Below the pieces are notes generated by a model, which worked only from the letters and a program-made list of their open reading frames with translations, did not search any database and was not told where the DNA came from. The position numbers were made by a program, and so were the translations under genes. This document shows positions 52,928-56,751 of a stretch of DNA of 56,751 nt, in pieces (position 1 is the first letter of the stretch; each line of letters starts with the position of its first letter). Origin of the DNA: a bacterium (GTDB lineage Bacteria; Verrucomicrobiota; Kiritimatiellia; CAIVKH01); assembly GCA_030432155.1 (NCBI GenBank), contig JAUIHQ010000001.1, forward strand, positions 1 through 56,751, given 5' to 3'.

Positions 52928-53516
52928 CTGGATGGTGGCGGCATGGGCCTTTCTTCCCTTGAGCCTGTTCATGCGCGGGATCGCCATGGGGCGTGTTGCC
53001 ATGATGATCCAGGACGGTGGCGGCAAGATTGCTGGGATCCATGCTGTTCGGCGACGGGCCGGGAGGATCCTGATCGTTCAGGGGTCCACCAACCAGGGCA
53101 GAATCATTGTAGAAGTCACCAGCCTGAATACCACCGGTACCATTTTCATCAGAGAACAGCCGGGTATAAACGTAGCCAGGAACAAAGGCATCTTCAGTCA
53201 AGTTCCAAGGAGCCTGAGTTGCGTCGTAGGCCTGAGCTCCGACCGTGATACCTCCGTTGAAGGGCCCACTACTTGCCGTGGTCGTCTGCAAGAGAAGGAT
53301 GTCGTCGCCTGTGGGTACCAGCGGGTTAGCAGGATTGAGAGCATCAGCAGAGTTATTGGAACTCCAAATCAGCTGAACAATCTGCCCTGACGCCACAGTC
53401 GTGCCATCGCTTTGATATGTGGGTCCGAGATTCGTGAACCAGCTGATGCTTATCGTTGCGCTGGCCGTCATGGCCAATGCAACTGCGGTCGTTACTGCAA
53501 GTAGGACTTTCTTCAT
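52917..53516 (-). CDS. secreted protein; probable passenger of the PEP-CTERM tail (frameshifted near 3' end)
   Basis: MKKVLLAVTTAVALAMTASA signal, with AAGGAG upstream. Visibly lower GC than its neighbours. The last ~30 aa of this frame (…HGDPAHEQAQGKKGPCRHHPDHS) look non-native. Confidence 0.65.
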   Translation of the reverse strand: MKKVLLAVTTAVALAMTASATISISWFTNLGPTYQSDGTTVASGQIVQLIWSSNNSADALNPANPLVPTGDDILLLQTTTASSGPFNGGITVGAQAYDATQAPWNLTEDAFVPGYVYTRLFSDENGTGGIQAGDFYNDSALVGGPLNDQDPPGPSPNSMDPSNLAATVLDHHGNTPHGDPAHEQAQGKKGPCRHHPDHS

Positions 53517-53564
53517 TTTTTTCTCCTTAGGTTAGGAATAACGCAATCTAAGACAATATCAACA

Positions 53565-54242
53565 TCAAGGCCAAGTGTAAGGTTTCGGTTCAACCCAATT
53601 CGTCGAAACGGTCGTAGACAGGAAGAACGCTGCACCAGGGTTTAGCACATTGGTTCCAGGAAACCAACCTCCAAAGCCCTTGTTTTCGCTGACGTAGGTC
53701 TGACCAGCTTGGTCCCACAGGAATACAGTTGAACCGCTTGGGAGGTTTGCTGCAAGCGTTGTATTTGTGACCTCGGTTGTTACTGGGAACGGGTAACCAA
53801 CCATGCTGAAGCCATTGACATATGGAACAGTACCGGTTGGCTGCGTGAACCGATCCGGAACTTCACCCATCATGAAGATTGAGTAATTATTGGAAGGCGC
53901 CGCAGCTCCGATAGTCAGGAAGAAACCGTTGCCGGGATCGAGAACGTTCGTTCCAGGAAACCAACCTCCAAATCCCTTGTTTTCGCTGACATAGGTTTGA
54001 CCAGCTTCATCCCAGATGAAGACGGATGAACCGCTCGGCAATTGATCTCCAAAAAGATTCGTAACCGTGTAGTCGGAACCCGCAAGATTAATAAAGGGGT
54101 TCTGGATCATCGCAAAGTCTCCCTTGTCGATGTTAAGTTTGATGTACCCCACCGCATTCCGGCTCAGCACCTGATTGGTCTGACCGAATGCCATGGTCGC
54201 CGCCGTTGCGACGCCGAGCATTGCTACTACAATCTTTTTCAT
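53565..54242 (-). CDS. secreted protein with internal tandem duplication
   Basis: The ATG at 54242 (GGAGG upstream) gives MKKIVVAMLGVATAATMAFG. The two ~99-aa halves share LPSGS(S/T)VF(I/L)WD(E/Q)AGQTYVSENKGFGGWFPGTNVL(D/N)PG. Lower GC. Confidence 0.7.
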   Translation of the reverse strand: MKKIVVAMLGVATAATMAFGQTNQVLSRNAVGYIKLNIDKGDFAMIQNPFINLAGSDYTVTNLFGDQLPSGSSVFIWDEAGQTYVSENKGFGGWFPGTNVLDPGNGFFLTIGAAAPSNNYSIFMMGEVPDRFTQPTGTVPYVNGFSMVGYPFPVTTEVTNTTLAANLPSGSTVFLWDQAGQTYVSENKGFGGWFPGTNVLNPGAAFFLSTTVSTNWVEPKPYTWP

Positions 54243-54379
54243 GTTATCCTCCGTATTCCCTGACCCATCAGGGATGTTTCCGTCGTTGTTGTAATTTGTA
54301 CCCGTACGTAGGGTACGTGTCAACACGTATATCGCGAAAAAAGGGATGAAGCTGGGAACAAATCGGGGAACGAACCCAA

Positions 54380-56098
54380 GTGGCTGACAGAAAACAAGTT
54401 ACAATCGCATCCTCAAGGGCTATTCGCTCGGGGCTCAGGGCGTTGCCCATCCTCCTGATCGGCCTTGCCATAACGTTTTCGCTGTGGGAGAGGCACAAGG
54501 AGGCCGTTTTACAGGATGCGGAACAGGAGTTTTCGGCGGCGGCGGACATGATGCGCCAGTCGATCCAGGATGAATTTTCCCTCTATATGGACGTCCTGAA
54601 CGCGCTGGCCAACCTGCACACGCTTTCGGACCGGGTCAGTTATGATGCGTTTCGGGAGATGGTGGACAAGGGGATGCAGTTTCAATTGAGGATTCTGTCC
54701 TCGTTCGGCTTCGTTCAGCTCATTCCTCTTTCCATACGCCCCCTGGTGGAGCAGCAGGGGGAGGCGTCGCTTACGATCGTGGAGTGGAACCAGGCCGGGG
54801 ACGTCGTTCCGGCGGGCGTTCGACCGAATTATTTCCCGGTTACGCATCAGAATCCGCCGGAGTCGCTGGGCCTGCCGATCGGATTCGACCTGGGATCGCT
54901 GCCCCGCTTTCTCCAGGTCTATCAGCAGGCCGCGATAGCTCCCCGGCCAATTCTGTTTGAAGCTCCGCAGCACGACCCTGATCCGGCGCCGCGGTTGTTT
55001 GTCCTGATCCCGATTCACGAAGAGGAAAGAGGACCGGCGCCGGTCACAGGATTTGTCATAGGCAGGCTGCAACCGTCAGACGTGATCGGCCGGGCGACCG
55101 CCCGGCTGCCCCGCTCCCAGGTCGATGTCTCGCTGGTTGGTGAACCGCCGGAGCGGCAAACGGATTCCGGCGGGATTGTGCGGGATGGCGAGCGGTTTGT
55201 CGTCGAGCTGCCGATTCGAATTGCCGACCGGGAGTGGACGGCGGTTTGCTCGGCGCCGGTCCGAAGCATGACCGGGGCAGCCGACGGGACGGGCATCCTG
55301 ATCTGGGTGGCCGGCGGGCTGATCACGATTCTTCTCGCCCTGCAGGTTCTGCACCTTTCCACCCGGAATATGGAAATTGAGGAGCAGGTGAACCGACGGA
55401 CGCGGGATTTGAAGGATGCCAACCGCCGCCTGGAGGAGGCGATGGCGGCCCAGGCGCGGCTCGAGGTGTCGATGCTGGAGATCAGCGAAAAGGAGCAGCA
55501 GAGGCTCGGCCGCGATCTTCACGATTCCCTGGGCCCCCGGCTTTCCGGCGCGGTGTATCTCAGCAAGGCCCTGGCCGGCCAGATTCGCAACGGCTCCCCG
55601 CAGGCTGAACAGACGGTCCAAGAGATCCGGGATTTGTTGAAGGATGCGGTGGTGCAGGCACGGCGAATCGCCCACGGGCTGGCGCCGGTCGACCTTTCGG
55701 ATCAGAGCCTGCGCCACGCCCTGGACAAGCTCGCGGATCAGGTTCAGGCCCTGTACGGAGTACCGTGCCGTGTCGTTGCGGACGATGACATACGGCCCGC
55801 GGGGGAGAAAACGGCGAACCATCTTTACCAGATCGCACAGGAAGCGGTCACCAACGCGGTTCGTCACGGACAGGCGACGGCCATCGAAATTTCGCTGACC
55901 GCATCCGAACCCGGCCGGGCCAGACTGATGATCTCGGACAACGGCAAGGGCATGCCCGATCCCGGCGCCACCCAGGACGGGATGGGTATGCGCATCATGC
56001 AGCACCGTACGGAAATGATCGGCGGCGGATTCTCGGTAAGAAGCCGACCCGAAAGCGGCCTGGACGTCGCCTGTGAGTTCGCCATCGACACCGCGTGA
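54380..56098 (+). CDS. sensor histidine kinase (CHASE-like sensor, HisKA_3 + HATPase_c)
   Basis: GTG start. It has a TM, an extracytoplasmic region, a second TM (GILIWVAGGLITILLALQVL) and a coiled coil. H-box: RLGRDLHDSLGPRLSG. N/G boxes: EAVTNAVRHG, ISDNGKGMP, GMGMRIMQHR. Confidence 0.85.
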   Translation: MADRKQVTIASSRAIRSGLRALPILLIGLAITFSLWERHKEAVLQDAEQEFSAAADMMRQSIQDEFSLYMDVLNALANLHTLSDRVSYDAFREMVDKGMQFQLRILSSFGFVQLIPLSIRPLVEQQGEASLTIVEWNQAGDVVPAGVRPNYFPVTHQNPPESLGLPIGFDLGSLPRFLQVYQQAAIAPRPILFEAPQHDPDPAPRLFVLIPIHEEERGPAPVTGFVIGRLQPSDVIGRATARLPRSQVDVSLVGEPPERQTDSGGIVRDGERFVVELPIRIADREWTAVCSAPVRSMTGAADGTGILIWVAGGLITILLALQVLHLSTRNMEIEEQVNRRTRDLKDANRRLEEAMAAQARLEVSMLEISEKEQQRLGRDLHDSLGPRLSGAVYLSKALAGQIRNGSPQAEQTVQEIRDLLKDAVVQARRIAHGLAPVDLSDQSLRHALDKLADQVQALYGVPCRVVADDDIRPAGEKTANHLYQIAQEAVTNAVRHGQATAIEISLTASEPGRARLMISDNGKGMPDPGATQDGMGMRIMQHRTEMIGGGFSVRSRPESGLDVACEFAIDTA

Positions 56099-56127
56099 AA
56101 AAAACGCATGCTACCCCGGTTGTATTC

Positions 56128-56751
56128 ATGATGAACGAAACCCTTCCAACCAGGACCATCCGCGTCGCGATTCTCGACGACCATGCGATCGTGCGGTCGG
56201 GACTCCGCATGATCCTGGAGGAGGAACCGGACCTGGTCGTCTGCGGGGAAGCCTCGAACCTTGACGAAGCCAGGCACATCCTGAAGACCGAAACCCCCGA
56301 TGTCATGCTGGTGGATATCTCCCTGAAACAGGAAAACGGACTCGACCTGGTTCGTGAGGCGCGCAAAGCCCACCCCGACGTCCGGTGCATCATTCTCTCC
56401 ATGCATGACGAAAAGGAGTTTGCGGACCGGGCGCTCCGCGCCGGCGCCGCGGGGTATGTCATGAAGGAAAACGCCGACGAGGTGGCGGTGGAAGCCATCC
56501 GCAAGGTGCTGACCGGCGACCTGTACCTCAGCCCCGAGGTGTCGACCCGCATTCTGAAAAAGATGGTGGAAGAAGACAGCGGCGAGAAACCGCAGCACGG
56601 GGTGGAAAGCCTGACCGACCGCGAGAAGGAAATTTTCGAATGTATCGGCCGCGGACTCTCGACCCGGCGGATCGCCGAACACCTCGGCCTCAGCGCGCGG
56701 ACGGTGGAAGTGCATCGTGCGCACATCAAAAAGAAGCTCCGCTGCGAGGAG
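56128..56751 (+). CDS. NarL/FixJ-family response regulator (3' end beyond window)
   Basis: Absent from the track because there is no stop in the window. My translation: MMNETLPTRTIRVAILDDHAIVRSGL...VMLVDISLKQENG...(REC)...LTDREKEIFECIGRGLSTRRIAEHLGLSARTVEVHRAHIKKKL (LuxR-type HTH). Confidence 0.85.
   Translation, partial: MMNETLPTRTIRVAILDDHAIVRSGLRMILEEEPDLVVCGEASNLDEARHILKTETPDVMLVDISLKQENGLDLVREARKAHPDVRCIILSMHDEKEFADRALRAGAAGYVMKENADEVAVEAIRKVLTGDLYLSPEVSTRILKKMVEEDSGEKPQHGVESLTDREKEIFECIGRGLSTRRIAEHLGLSARTVEVHRAHIKKKLRCEE

Overview
GC-rich bacterial chromosomal segment. The gene content looks like the PVC superphylum (Kiritimatiellota/Verrucomicrobiota/Lentisphaerota-like), but that is an inference: it rests on a prepilin H-X9-DG protein, giant secreted glycoside hydrolases carrying LamG and thrombospondin-type-3 (TSP3) Asp-loops, an exosortase, and PEP-CTERM. 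All calls come from reading the sequence and ORF track by eye; no searches were run.

I support about 40 CDS. Many are chained by 4-nt ATGA start/stop overlaps.

Gene layout:
- 1-6155 (-): operon of exported proteins with an embedded retron.
- 6.3-7.2 kb: vapBC cassette flanked by direct repeats.
- 7.2-11.9 kb: housekeeping genes (lipoprotein, DoxX, hrpB, purU).
- 12-19 kb: PadR/GPH-symporter/GH-A hydrolase/LamG unit.
- 19-22.4 kb: GH9 with a nested LamG domain.
- 22.5-36.4 kb: a long + strand unit. It carries a pseudopilin, a LamG protein with IPTLxxWG-CTERM, exosortase H, a 1396-aa GH13, an alpha/beta hydrolase and a 1258-aa GH31. A LacI regulator follows.
- 38.6-46.4 kb: glucosylglycerate / mannosylglucosylglycerate-type compatible-solute cluster (gpgS, two GT-B transferases, HAD, a YcjM-like GH13_18 phosphorylase, and a degenerate M20-like protein).
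- 46.5-52.7 kb: a 921-aa secreted Ig/TSP3 protein and a DUF2723-like/TPR membrane protein.
- 52.8-54.3 kb: two lower-GC secreted-protein genes. One has its PEP-CTERM anchor out of frame.
- 54.4 kb to window end: HisKA_3 kinase plus NarL-type regulator.

Most interesting:
1. A complete retron. The RT has NAxxH/YADD/VTG motifs, and a 15-nt a1/a2 inverted repeat upstream bounds a structured ~170-nt msr-msd candidate. It has no recognisable canonical effector. Instead it is coupled to genes for exported Asp-loop proteins.
2. A dedicated exosortase H / IPTLxxWG-CTERM substrate pair.
3. A recurrent C-terminal module (TSP3 pair plus a beta domain ending FYR..VP) on several giant secreted proteins.
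4. Several families of intergenic repeats.

I recognised no rRNA, tRNA or CRISPR array.
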